Position numbers and translations under genes: made by a program. A stretch of DNA of 60,687 nucleotides, filler included, from Blastocystis sp. subtype 4 (lineage: Eukaryota): NCBI RefSeq assembly GCF_000743755.1. It is 7 parts of 7 records of this genome, joined end to end, with 100 filler letters (N's around TTAATTAATTAA, not from the genome) between each part and the next. Parts side by side here need not be neighbours in the genome. Positions count along the whole stretch, not along the records: positions 35,029 to 43,621 come from NW_014569177.1; positions 43,722 to 52,142 come from NW_014569176.1; 5 more parts are not named here. The stretch is one strand, 5' to 3'. The notes below the pieces were generated by a model. It ran no database searches, had not been told where the DNA came from, and saw only the letters and a list, made by a program, of their open reading frames with translations. Below are positions 35,053-48,758 of this stretch, piece after piece. How positions within the stretch are numbered: position 1 is the first letter of the stretch; each line of letters opens with the position of its first letter.

Positions 35053-38000
35053 TTACTCTTCCTCCATTCTTCCTTGTACATCAAATTCAATTTCTTGTTC
35101 CTGATCACATCCTACATACGAATCTGTCATGAAATATAACATCCATTTGTAATGACCAGATTCATTCGGAACGGTAAATACCAAATCCTTTGTATTCACA
35201 CGATCCAAATCCACTTCAGCAATTGATTGAATAGTATTCTCTTTGGGATCCCCAAGAATCAACCACCAGGTTTGACGCAGTTTCTGAGGATAATACCGAC
35301 TGCTTACAGTCGTATTGAACTCCTCATCCTCTCCAGTACTCAGAGTAACATGCAACACGTTATCATTTCCACCTTCCAGAGTGGTTGTATCAAGTTTGGG
35401 TGTCACTTCAATATCTGGATACTCATTACAGAATTGTACCATGTCCATCACCTCCTGCTCACTCAAACCATGGAGAAGCTTGGTTCGAGTGGCATCTTCC
35501 ATCTCTGTGAAGTCGAAGAGATTATCCACTCCTTCACTCTCAAACTCACGACTACGATCCTTATCAAAGTGAGGCAACTGTAGCAGACGAGAATCTTCGT
35601 TCCACATTCCCTGAACCACCATCTGAGCTAATTCAATAGCAGCAATTGCTGGTTTCAGCCACATGTTGGTCGAACATACATTCACCATTCCCTATCTCTC
35701 ATTCAACTCCTCACATACTTACATGCAGCAAACGCAGACATGTTGGGAGGATCTGAAGAGTGTCCTCGTGCATATCTGAAGAGATGGGTTGACGACTGAA
35801 ATAGGTCTGAAGCAACACATTCACTTTCCGAGACACAGGAGTAGGATTCTCCACTACATATGTGAGATGAGTTTCCAGACGTTTTAGAGATACCAGCTCG
35901 TGTTGACGAATGGGCAGCTACAATTCACTAGGATCAGTCTCACTCACCTCCTCGAACTCTGTAGCTGATGCAAGGATCTGGAGCAATCCTTTTCGTTTTG
36001 CCTTTGCTGTGATTGAAAGAGCAAAGAGCTCGGTTGTATGACAACGGATATACAGATGAGTGCTTAACAGACCCAGATTCAGAGGCATCAATGTACCTTC
36101 CTCTGTCATCTCCACATCACCTGCTTTGCTCAATTCATCCACTGTATTCTCTGTCAGTACACTCACATATTCACTCACTTGCTCATCTGAAATGCCTGTC
36201 AAAGCATAGTACACAGGATTCTGAGGGAGTCTTCGATAGAAATAGAACCAAGTCAACCATTCGACTGCATCCTGCATGTTTCCTACAGTCTTACTCGCAA
36301 TAGCAGCATTCAATGGATCTGCCAAGTTCAGATGAAGTGAAGATTCAACAGGAAGTGGCTCAAACAAGAACTTATTCAAATAGGCCTTCTTGGAGGTATG
36401 ACAGAAAACGACCACTTTTCCATTCTGATACTTTCCAGGAGTCGAAGCGAATCCCACCATCTGAAGGAGGTCGTAAATTGGATATTCAACATAACGATGA
36501 TCACGACCATCATAGAAGCAAGTGTCTACAATCAGAAGAAAGAGAGAATCATACCCAGAATGAGAACCAGATGAGCAGAGAGTTGTAAGGACCAGCAGAG
36601 ATCAGCAGTAACAACGAGAACTTGAATATAGTCATTCTGATATAGTTGGTACACAAGAGAGGCATCAGTTGGATTCATTCCCTGGATGGTAAGAATGGTT
36701 CATAGAATGGTTCATAGAATGGTTCATAGAATGGTTCATATGATCAGAAGTATCTGATACAATCAAAGGATCAAACCCTCATTCTCAGACATCATCATTT
36801 CATACACACAACAATCATTATCAACTTACCTTGTAATAGAAACCAATACCAGCAGAGAGAACTGTTTTCAAAGCAGGATCCACCACACTATCCAACACGC
36901 TTTGTAACTGATCCTAAGAATTAGCCCTCTCATTCTTATTCACATCAGGAATATGACAGAATCGCTTTGGTTTTACACTTGCACTCACAAATGTTAACAT
37001 ATCAATTGCAGTCATCTGAGCCTGTTTTCGAGATGCAACGAATATGATTGATCCTTTGTCTCCTGATAAGCCTGACACAGCTGTATACGCAGGTTTACTC
37101 ATTGCCAAGAGTCGTGTTCCTGTCTGCACAATGTCAAAACCTTGAACACGGATTTGTACTGGCTGGACCTTCACACTAGAATGGAAACTAAACAAGCCCT
37201 TGTCAACACCCAACCAACCTGCTAACGATCGACCATTCGCCAAACAACCCGACAGAGCTACAAATCGGAAATGAATCTGGAATCGATGCTGAGGATCTGC
37301 CTTTGCTTGTGCCTCCATTGCACGTAAACGGGAAATCACGATTTCTAGCAGATGACCATTAGCAGCACCAATCATATGAAGATTGTCAACTATCACCAGA
37401 CGAATATGCTATGATCAATCTCAATCAACACACCTACCTGGAGAAGCTTCAAATGCAATCCTTTGTTTGTATAGTAATCAAGATGACCTGGTGTTGTTAT
37501 GATCACTTTACACTTTCCTAATGTTACTGTATCTTCTTTGGGATCCCCAATGAAACGCCCAATCATGATACCCAACTTGTTTTGGAAGAGTTCAGTCCAA
37601 TCATGAAACTTCCTCTCACACACATCCTTCACAGGGTTTACATACAAGATCTTTGCTTCTGGTTGTGTAGCAAAGAGTCTTAACATAGCAAATTCTGCAA
37701 TCAAGCCCTTGCCTGATCCTGCTCGAGCTGCTACCAATACATTCGTATCTGATTCATACACGGTCTGAAACACTTGGGTTTGAATGGGATTGAGATAAGA
37801 GATTGAATCCTGATAGAGTGCCTCGTATTGTGGGTTATGCAGAGCTGTGATCGGCAAAGGCTGTAAATCCAACAACTCTGTGTGTGGTGGGAACTTCTCA
37901 GGAAGAATGAGTGAACGGAATGAGATCACATTCGTTGTTTCTCCCTTCAGCCATGTGTCAGAAAGAATACGAAGGAAGTATTGAGGAGGCATAGGATCGA

Positions 38001-41000
38001 ACAGAGGTACTGTGAAGTTCACATATTGTGTTTCCTCAGCATAACGAGCTTTCAACAGCCAGTATTGATAGTACACCAGTTGTTCACCATCACCATCCTC
38101 TACCAACAGATGGAACCCTTGAGAAGGACCATGTACCTCTGGATCATACTCAAAGTCCGCTGTGAGAGCCAATTCCACTGACAACACAGAACGAGTTAAA
38201 GGAAGAATTGTAGCCTCTGCATGAAGACGAGGAATCTGATGAACCAACTTGGACAGTTTTGCACCAATGTTCTTCACATTGTCACCACGAGTACTCACTA
38301 ATTCTTCCATATCTGCAGGAGTCATATCATAGTATCGCTCAAAAGGAATAGGCTTGTTATCTAAACGCTTCAATACAGATGCTGGTAATGAACCAAACTA
38401 ATCTAAATGATCCTTCATATCCTTACTTGTCGAAGAGGCGATTGTGTTTCCCATTGCTGATGTGATACCATCTTACACAGAGTCAAACAACGTTGAGCCA
38501 ATGTAGACCATTCTCGTAATACTGCAATCTCAAAGAGAGCTCGAAGGATTCTTCCAGCAGACTAGAGTCATATCATTCCTCTTCTATCCTACCTGTGTGA
38601 TGTATACCATATCACAAGCCATTGCAAACTTCTCCAGAGTCACTCGACTGATATAAGCTTGCAACAGAACATTCACCTTTGCACAAGCATTCTCTACACT
38701 CTCTCGAATGGGTATTGGGACCTTCTTCATCAATGAATCCAACTCCAACTTCTCCTCAGGTCGTACTGTGATTTGTGAGAATTCACTTGAAAGACTGAAC
38801 AATCGGAACAGTTCAATCTCGGTCATTCCAGGCTTCAGATGATCATTATAAGTGGCTACACTGGCATTGCTCAGATAGTAATATGAAGCGATTCGACCCA
38901 ATCCAGTACTCTCAAATATACCAGTCTTAGTATCATACTTGATCAAAGCATTCTTAGCCAACTGAGTAGCAGCACTATGAATCAAATCAACACGATATTG
39001 CAAGAGTGTTGGATCCTCTTTCAATATATTAGGATCCACTCCATAGAGCATTGGATTCCGAAGCATTCGAATATACAAATACGTATATCCCAACCATGAT
39101 ACAGCTTCACTCACATTCTGTACTGTTCCCATTACGATCTCTGCATTCAAGTTATCAGCCAACTTGCGAATGAACTGGGATTCGATTGGTAACTGTGCAC
39201 TCATCAGAGATAGATAGTACTGGAGTTCAGTTGCCTTGGTGATAATAATGCCTTCACCACACTTCTCAAACTGAGGTCGTCCTGCTCGACCCAACATTTG
39301 AAGAACATCCTGAGGAGACAACTCAACCCAAGCAGAATGCTCAGGTGAGTACATTTGAGTACCTTTGATGATTACAGTATGTGCTGGGAGATTCACACCC
39401 CAAGCCAAAGTCATTGTTGAGACCAACACTTGAATGAGTCCTCGACCAAACAGTTCTTCGACAGCAGTTCGATCCGAACGACACAGACCAGCATGATGAA
39501 TAGCAAACCCAGTAGGAAGAAGCTTCTTGAGTTCCTCATTCCGAATCGAATACTGCTTGACAGCGTCCTCCAACTCCTGTTTTGATACTTCGGTAGGGAA
39601 GAACAGATGATGTTCATCCTTTGATACAGCTGTATCTAAGAGATATTGAGCTGTCTAGTGATCAATCTTCTCCTAATTCCTCACCTTGGCTGTCTCCTTT
39701 CGACTGTGTACGAATACCAATACTTGCTTCTTACCTGCCTTCTCCATCACCTTCTCATAACAAATCTCATTCATCAGAGCCATGCTCTTGAATGATGACT
39801 TCTCGGTCACACCCACAAACTGTTGCTCCAAGCCCACAGGACGGAAACTGCTATCAAAATGGAACAGACCCTTTGAAGGATCAACACGAAGGAATGAAGC
39901 TACATCCCCATAGTTAGGAAGTGTAGCTGATAAACCCACCAACCGTACCATCTCTTGAGAAACCTCGATCTGACGTAGTGTACGAGCCACCAGAGATTCC
40001 AATACAGGTCCTCGTTCGTCATGAAGCAAATGAATCTCATCAATGATAATCAGACGAACCAACTGAGTGTAAGTTCGTTCACCTGATTTGCGAGTAATGA
40101 TATCCCACTTCTCAGGTGTTGTGATGATCAACTGAGTTGAAGCAATCTATATCTCAATCTCATACTTCAATCTCACTTCATCCTTGGTTAGACTCACATC
40201 ACCACTCAATTCACGTACACTCATATCATATGGTTTCAGTTTCTATTTCTCATTCTCCTTCTTCACACGTACACGACCAAAACTATCCACCATTTCTTTC
40301 ACCAGAGCCTTCATTGGAGCCACATACACAATCTTGAATTTGTCCTTATCCACAGAACCCTACACTTCATTCCTCTCAACCACACACACATCTTCACGAC
40401 GATGCAACGACATTTCATGAAGAATCGCCATTAGAGCCACATTCGTCTTACCAGCTCCTGTAGGTGCAGATAGCAGCATATTCTCCTAACTCTTATTCCT
40501 CTCCCTCATCACTACAGAACTCAACATGGCACACTCATATACTCGAGATTGTACCAGATTCAACTTCTTCACACCTTCAAATCCCTTACGGAACCATTCT
40601 GGCATCTCTTCTACTGATACCAAATGATGACTGTTCAGATATCCAGGGTCGCTGTATTTGTTAGCCGCAGCTGGCACATGCACTTCCTCACGACCTGGCT
40701 TCAATAGTTTGTGAGTTCCTTCAGGTAGACGTACTGCCTTCTTACTCATCAAATGACTGCCTGCAGCAAAAGCTAAATCATTCAATATCAGTTGTGCTCG
40801 GGGTTTGGGAATAGTCATTTCTGCTGCCACACTACGCATTTCCTCCTCACGAAGTGCTTCGGCATCTCGTACTTGACCTTGCTCCTTCACAGTGTGTTTC
40901 TCTCTTCGCTCATTCTCCACAGCCAGACTTCCCCGAGCTACCTCCCAATCCTTCGTACTTCGCTTCGACTCCAACGCCTTCAAAATGGCCTCTCCATCCA

Positions 41001-42201
41001 CTGAAGCATCACCCAGCATCTCTTCTGCAATTGCTTGTCTAGCTGCTTCCGAAGCAGCCTGTCTCCACCGGATCACATACGCAATCTTTCCTCGATTGCT
41101 CAAGAGAAGCGAGATCAGTTCAGGATGATCCAGACCCACCAACTCCACCAACTGAGATTCACTCTCTCTCTATCCATCAAACCCTTTCTAATGCTCTACT
41201 TCATCCACATTCTGCAATGTCGCTAGAATCTTCTCAGATAACTCTTGAGCCTTCTCTGCATCTTTCTCATATTCACTAATCTGTCGTTGCAACCAGAAAC
41301 TATCAATATCTGCCACTCGCAATCCACTCTCTTCCTGATCCTCTTGTTGTTCCTCATGTGTTCTCAATGCCTCTGTTTGAGCTAGATCCTCTCCTTCACT
41401 CTCTTCCTCCTCACTCATCACTTCATCCAACACACTCTCATCACTCTCGATGTTCATATCTAGAGCCACTGTATCATCCTTCGCTTCATTCTAATCGTCA
41501 CCTCACACAAAAACACTCACTTCTTCTACATCCACATCGAAATCGGTAATCTCCTTGCTTAATTCCACAAGATCTCCGAATTCCCGCTCATTCATTTTAC
41601 CCAGAATTGCTTCACATCGTTCTTGCTTTCCTTTTACTTCTCCATCTTTCAGAATAGTTAGCAATTCATTTGCTACATCTGCAATCACATCCTATTCATC
41701 ATCTTCAAATTGCATTAATTACCCCTGATGCATCAGGATAGTATTTGGAGATAACAGCAAGTAAACGAGAGTATCGAATTTCCGTTTCTGCTGTTCTAGG
41801 ATGATATAATTTGCTGTTATATTCGTCAACAGCAGTAAGCACATTATTTACTCGCAGATTTAGCGAAATCGCTCCTGTCTTCCTTCTTTTATCTGTTGTT
41901 GACTCTCGAAGCATCTTCTCGCGCTTTCTAATTCATTATTCTCCTATCTTGCTCTTACAGTTGTTCTTTCTTTTCCTTTCGTTTTTGCACTTCTTCTGAG
42001 ACTAGAATTGCACGATCACCCATCTTTGGCAATGGTTTCCCTCGAAGACTCTCTGCAGCTCCAGAAGGCTCATGTGTTCTTCGTCTTCCTTCCCGATCTG
42101 CTTCCAATACTTGACTAGCATTCTACAGCGATCATTCCAATTATTTCACGAATCACATTTGCATAGGCATATTGGCGTTCTTGAATTGCTTTTTCAGCCA
42201 T
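35053..42201 (-). CDS. SNRNP200: U5 snRNP 200-kDa helicase Brr2
   Basis: Two Ski2-like helicase cassettes and two Sec63 domains: [51 protein letters not shown]. Confidence 0.98.
36692..36739. repeat. 12-bp tandem repeat (AGAATGGTTCAT) x4 inside a Brr2 intron
   Basis: Four exact copies within the 148-nt intron 36682-36829. Confidence 0.95.
36739..36804 (-). ncRNA. Probable intronic box C/D snoRNA
   Basis: TATGA-A-ATGATGA (box C) ... CTGA (box D)-TCATA with a 5-bp terminal stem, inside an intron about five times the usual length. Confidence 0.7.
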
Positions 42202-42738
42202 TTTGATTCAAATTCGGATAAATATACAATTGTGTATTTCCAAAATGGAACCAAAAAGGAATCTGCTCTTCTGATAGAGAAGAAATTCAAAAAACAAACA
42301 AGTGACAGAAAAAGGGGAGAATTCATTCAAATCTCACATTGACTAATACTACAGATTTCATTGTCAAATTGAGTTCATAACAGTATGTCATAGGTTGAAT
42401 CATGTAGGCAGATATGATAACAATACTGAGTCTTGATGCCTCTTAACAGTGATTCCAATTCGTTAACACAAGATGAGTTCATTTCTATCTCCTTCATCAC
42501 CAANAAGAGGTGATTATTCCTCAATCATTGAAATCCTTTCAAAGATAAACAGAAATCCTCGATATGAAGATCTGTCCACATTTCATCTCTCCTTTCTATT
42601 GTTTCAGTGATCCTTTCGCAATAAACGATCAATCCACTCTCAAAACAGCATAATGAGGATCCTAGACTCTATTCTTCATTCCCGCGGTTCTTCTTAGACT
42701 CATTTTGTGAGTCAACTACTTCCTCATAGTTCCAATCA

Positions 42739-43483
42739 ATGCCCAAATCAAAGAGAAGTCATGTCGGTAAGACGGTTTGACCAGTTTGATTAACGAATTA
42801 GTGAGTCTTACACAAACCAAGTCTCGGGGTAAGGAACTTAAGAATGATGTTGTCAACAAGATTCGAGAAGCCGTTGATAACTTCAAATTTGTTTATGTTC
42901 TCGAGTTTGATAACATGCGAACAAATGCGTTCAAAGATCTTCGAGTTCAGCTTAATGACTGCAGGTAGATGATTTTGATGCGTTACTGAATGTGTAGATT
43001 CTTTCTAGGAAAGAACCGTGTGATGCAAGTGGCTCTAGGTAGAAATCAAGAGGAGGAATATCGTGACAATCTGTGCAAGCTTGGAGAAATGTTGGGAGGA
43101 AATTGTGCTCTCTTCTTCACCAATCGACCTAAGGAGGAAGTGATTCCTTTCTTCCAGGAATATAAATCCCTTGACTATGCACGCGCTGGGTTCAAAGCAA
43201 CTGAAACATTCGTTATTCCTCAGGGAGAAATGCCCTTTGCTCACAGTATGCTGGAAGAGTTCAAGAAGCTTCGTCTTCCAGTAGAAATAAAGAGCGGCAA
43301 GATTCACATGCGAGAGAACTATACGGTTTGTAAAGAAGGGAAGGTGTTGACCCCTGAACAATGTCGTATTCTTGTAGGAATGGAAACGAGACTTGAGAAT
43401 AGAAACTGTACGCGAAACCAATGACGTATTTTACATTGACTCCTCGTGCCTATTGGAGTGAAGGACAGTTGACCGTGCTTTAG
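42739..43483 (+). CDS. MRTO4: Ribosome assembly factor Mrt4
   Basis: MPKSKR...VSLTQT, NMRTN, FFLGKNRVMQVALG, DYARAG, LTPEQCRIL. Confidence 0.95.
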
Positions 43484-43545
43484 TCGTTTTATGCCTTGTT
43501 TGCAACAAACACTCTGGAATTCGGTATTGAAAAACACCAGTATCC

Positions 43546-43621
43546 TTATTCTCCACGGAACTTGGTCACAGCCTTGGTTCCCTCAGAGATAGCGTGCTTG
43601 GAGAGTTCACCAGGAAGAATC
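43546..43621 (-). CDS. H2B: Histone H2B, 3' fragment
   Basis: ILPGELSKHAISEGTKAVTKFRGE*. Confidence 0.93.
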
Positions 43622-43721
43622 NNNNNNNNNNNNNNNNNNNNNNNNNNNNNNNNNNNNNNNNNNNNTTAATTAATTAANNNNNNNNNNNNNNNNNNNNNNN
43701 NNNNNNNNNNNNNNNNNNNNN

Positions 43722-45151
43722 CTTTGTCTTCTGAGCAGCTATGTGATCCAGAGTCTGTATCTCATTCAATCTCTGTTTCTGAAGATGTATGTATTGTTGT
43801 TATGTATGAAATAGTGTATTCACAGTCATGCTGTTGTTTCGTCGTCAGGTCAAGAATGTCTTGCTGCATTCCAGTCACTTTCGAGTTTAGATGTGCCAGT
43901 AATTCCTACCTTCAGTTCGATTCTGTCTCCTTCTCAAGCTTGTGATATGTGTTCTCTTCAGAACTGCACAGATCCATATGAAGCCTATCTTCGTCGTTGT
44001 AATGAGTATCGATATCCTCTTCCTGACTATTTCCTGAATGAAGAGGTTATAGAAGTGAGTGATGAGGAGAATGCTATCAGTGATGATGAGATGGACAATG
44101 TAGTATTACGAGAGACTCCTCATTATGCTCGTGAGACGAGACGTGTATCTTTGATTCGAGAAGAGATGGCAAGGCCTCGTAGTGATGAGGAAGGAGAGTA
44201 ATGTCTAGATGATCGAATGTCTTTGTTACATTCTCCTGTGTCATCTCCTTATCCTGAACCAGCTGTATCTTCATCGATATCCACTCCAGAGCCATCTGTT
44301 CCTTTGAAAGTCAGATCACCTCCTCTTCCTCGTTCGGCTCTTCCATCCACTCGACCTGTATCATCCGTTCCTCCTCCATTACCTACTTCTGCATTACCAA
44401 ACTCATCATCACAGTCTTCTATACCTCCAATTCGAGCTGAGCCGACTTTTGTGTCTTCTTCAATTCCATCTTCTCCTCCAGCTCTCCCCTCTCCTCCAAT
44501 TCCATCTTCCTCTTCTCCTCCAGTTCCATCGTCTTCTTCTTCAACCCCATCTTCCTCTTCTCCTCCAGTCTCCTCTCCCAACAACTCTGGAAACCGTCCA
44601 TCCATCCAATCACTTCATAATGACTTGTTGAGTGAGATTCGAGCATCAGGAGTGATGATAATCGATTGAAATGAGTATTAGGGACGAATCAAATCAGAAT
44701 CCAAACCCATTCCTCGAGGTCCACCTGCCTCATTGTTGGAAGAGATTCGAGCATCAGGAGTGAGTCTGAATCATGGGATTGAATCATAGGGACGAGTATC
44801 TCAAGAGAACCGACCAAAATCAGAGAGTATTTCAACTCCACCTCCTCGGTCCAATGCCAATCTGTTAGCTGAGATAAATGGAGCTGATGTAAGAGAAAGG
44901 AGAGAGATATGAGTGTAGGTGAAGAGTATCCTTCGTCAGCGTCGTGAAGCACTTTCACAGAATCCATCAACTCCTATTCAAGTAGGTTTGAAAGAGTAGG
45001 GATGAAGGATAGAGTGTGAAAGAGGAAGTGAANNNNNNNNNNNGTGAAGGTGAAGCCTAATGAACCTGACTTACTTCAGCGTCGAAAGCTTCTTTTCATT
45101 GAATCTTCATCTTCCTCTTCAGAGAGTTCAGACTGGGATTTGAGTGATTGA
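43722..45151 (+). CDS. SCAR/WAVE/WASP-like actin nucleation-promoting factor (5' partial)
   Basis: Pro/Ser-rich region; WH2-like LLSEIR, LLEEIR and LLAEI; central-like SILRQRR; acidic Trp end SESSDWDLSD. Confidence 0.65.
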
Positions 45152-45195
45152 TGATTGTTTGTTTCAATACACAGTTACCCATTAGAGTACAATAA

Positions 45196-47173
45196 TCAAT
45201 TCTTCTTGCTTCTTCTCTTCTTCTTCAATGAAGGTTTCTCTTCACAAGAACATAAGTTCAAATCCACCGATTCTTCTTCCTTCTTCACAACCATCTTCAC
45301 AATAAGTAAGTTCAAAGTTTCCACTTGCTGTTGGAGTTGTTTCAGCTGTGTTTCTTGAAGATGAATCTCATGAACACGACTCCAAGTCTTTACAGCCTTG
45401 TAGAAAGCATATCCAGCCAATATCAACAATACCAATACAACCCATGTCTGTGCACATGATAATGCTTCTTTTGTCTCTACTACAGTCATCTCCAAAGCTA
45501 CCAAACTCTCATTCAATTGTTTTACCATTGTCTTCTGTTGTCTCATCAGTTCCTCGAGATTCTGTTGACCCATCTCCAATCCACTCACACGATCCTTCAC
45601 AGCATGGATCTTCTCACGAGTCCGATTATGAAGCAAAGCCACAGAAAACGCCAAATCTTCTTGTTCTTGAGCACAATGAGTGTCTACTCTTCATTCTACT
45701 AATCATGTCTACACAACTCATATAATGGCTGGAACTCAGGTGATACTGATAATGGAACTGTTGGTGGGGCTATTTCTGATTCTCTTCTTCATTCCTCACT
45801 TGATTCACTCTTTTGAGATTCATCCTTCTCTAATGTTGTCACTTCAACAGATGGTTCTTCAGGAATCTCTTCCTTCACCACTTCAGTGATCATTTCTTTC
45901 ACTACACATCACTCTCTCTTTCTTTTCTCACATCCAGCAGTCACATCTGATCTCATAAAGTCCGTATTCTAAAGATGAGTGATTGATTGAATAAGAACCA
46001 GCATAGCATTCATCATGTTACTACCATACACACGAAACTCACTCATTGTACACATTGTCTCATCACGATACCAAGTTAACCATTCTACACGAACAAATCT
46101 ATGTCTCATTCATTCCTTCTTTCTCAACTTGGTCCAACTGGAGGATGTGAGAGGAAATACTTGTAACTCACTCTTGTCATCAGCTTCAAAGTATCCCAAA
46201 AAGGACCAGGAATCGGTAGGATAAATGGCACTTCCATATACTACAAATTCCTTCACAGAGGAGGAGAATCGTTCATAATTTGCAGTTGCGATAGCATCAA
46301 TAACCACCTGATGATCAGTACTGACTCATTCACATACCATCTCAGCCAAACTGAATACAAACCATTTCTCTTTGGAACATTCTGCCAGACTGTATTTGTA
46401 TCGACTGCTTGTTAGGACTGCATCTGCTCCATTCATTGCTTTTGACTTTGCCAGACCCACAGCTCCTGCTTTCACTGAAGCTAGATCAATTCGATTCTTG
46501 AGGCTCTTGGCAGCTCCTTCTAGAGGATGGATAGGAGAAAGAGCTTCAAACACGTTGTCCTTCACATCTGCTAAAGGAAAACCAATTGAACTCACTGAAA
46601 TCTCTTCTAGAAGCAAAGGAGAGACGAAATCGGAGTCAACAGAACTTGAAGGAACTGAAACAGGATCAATACAAGGAAACGAAAGATACTCACTGTGATT
46701 CAAACTACAAACTCGACAATTATCCAACTGATTCTCTTTCTTTTCACTCCACGAACAAACGAGAGAAAGCGAAACAGACTCATGGTTCAACTCAATCGAT
46801 GTTTCATTCAACAGATAATGCAAAATTGAAGAAGGAGAGTGAATAAAAGACGGAGGAGAAGAAAGGAGAAGAGAAGGATCAGCAAAAGAGTTAGTTGAAT
46901 TCACTTTAGAATCAAGTGAAGATGGGTCCGAATCCATCTCTTCAATCCCATTGTACGGACAGCAAAAACACTGATCACTGTAGTATTGCGGATTTACACA
47001 ACAGAATAAACATGCATAAAGGAAAACTAGAAGAGTGAATATAAAATCAGGAATATCGTACAATGAGAATCCTCTTTGTTCACTTCCGAATAACGAATCC
47101 CGATGTCCAAAGAGGAAACTATTTCTATTGACAAAAGAATGAGAACTAGTATCTTCGATACATGATTCGTCAT
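45196..47173 (-). CDS. Mid-SUN domain protein (Slp1/SUCO family)
   Basis: DLASVKAGA, KYSLAECSKEKWFVFSL, ANYERFSSSVKEF, YPTDSWSFLG, SEFRVYG; coiled coil and a C-terminal TM. Confidence 0.88.
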
Positions 47174-47473
47174 TCGAGAAAGAAGAAAACTAATGAAGAA
47201 GCTTCTCGCCAAAATGCGTCGATTCTCGTGCTATCGGTTAACTGATAGAATGATTATCTCCATCAATACCCCTATTTGGATTCCATAAATATGTCAGATG
47301 AAGTAGAAATAATGCACTAAGATATTTTCACAAGTTTGAAGATCAGTTGAAGAGAACAAAGATATCATCTATTTCTTCTATTCAATCCATTACAAATTGT
47401 GAAGTCATCCTAATTCCAACTTTTCCTCTTCATCATTGGTTTCTTCTTTCTCTCACTCAAGTGAGTGTTAACG

Positions 47474-48660
47474 ATGGAATTTGATCGTTACTTGTCTGGT
47501 CTCCCAGAATATGAGTTTGCAATCACTTATGGTTCTGGTGTTTTCCCTCAGAAGGGTTATTCTGCAAAGGATGTTCGCAATGCAATGTTGGACGTGATTT
47601 TAGGTGTTGAGAATCTCGAAGAATGGCATCTCGTCAATTTGGCCAAGAATCCTCAACACTATTCGTGGATCCGTCATTTGAATGCAAAATCTGTAGCCAA
47701 GCTTGATGTAAGCAATTGATACTATTGAATTCTGGTTAGGAAGTTGGTTTCGGTCATGTGTTGTATAACCGTTCTGTAGTTTGTGTATTGTATTTCTGAT
47801 GAATAGGAGATGGGTCCTGAAAGAGAGAAACGTCCAGTGAAGTATGGTGTGATTAGTCTTTCTTCTCTGAAACGAGATTTGTTGACCTGGGATTCTCTGT
47901 ATGTGGCAGGTCGTCTTCAGAAGCCAGTAGGTACGGTTTTGGTTGTTGAGTGTGAGGTATGTATTCTGAAGGCAAGGATATAATTTGTTCAATGAATGAG
48001 AATTTGAAGAGTGCAGTATTAGCGGTTCTTCCTCTTCTCCCTCCTCGTTTCAGTGCTCGTGAGTTGTTTCTGGTTTTGTTGGTATTGTTTTCTGATCTTT
48101 AGGCAATCACTGGTTTGAGTTATAATGGAGATATTCGTACTTGGTTTGCTGAGAATCCTAATAAGGTTGAGAATATTGTATCGGGGAATTATGATTACTT
48201 TAATGAATTGTACAAACCAATTATCCAAAACTGTCCTTTCATTCATGCAGTTGAAGGAGAGACAGATCAGTATTGTCAGGTGGAAATATGTTCGGAGGTT
48301 GATGTATAGGATATCACTATGAAGAATCTTGCTTGTATTCTTGCTTCTCTCCCCTCTACTCTTCATCCATCTATTCGTCAAGAACTGCAATTCTCCACTC
48401 CTTCGGTTGATGTATCTTCTCTTTCGTCTACTGCTCTGTATGATGTTTATTATCGTCGTTTGTCTGCTCTGTATGATCCATATGAAACAAATCAGAATAT
48501 CATGGTTGCAAAGGCAGCAGTAGCGAAGGGACTAGTGAATGGAGTTCGTCATGTGGTGTTTCGAAGTAGTATCGATCAAGCTGTGAGAGGGAATATCTCT
48601 TTTGGGGTTATGAACAGTCTAAGTTATGTTGCAAAGAAGATCAAGAAGTTCTTGAAATAG
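47474..48660 (+). CDS. TAM41: Mitochondrial phosphatidate cytidylyltransferase Tam41
   Basis: FAITYGSGVFPQ, NPQHYS, KYGVIS, DLLTWDSLYVAGRLQKPV, LSYNGDIR, ENPNKVENIV. Confidence 0.95.
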
Positions 48661-48758
48661 AGTCTTGAGCGAATTCAATACCATATCTCTATTGTCTGTT
48701 TAGTCATTCGTTGGGGAATAGGAAAGTGTTTGTTCACTTAATCGTTTGTGTGAGATTG

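Noticed and set aside
36914..37760. Degenerate helicase motifs in Brr2 (GSGKG, DNLH)
   Set aside because: The second Brr2 cassette is known to be catalytically inactive, so this is expected.
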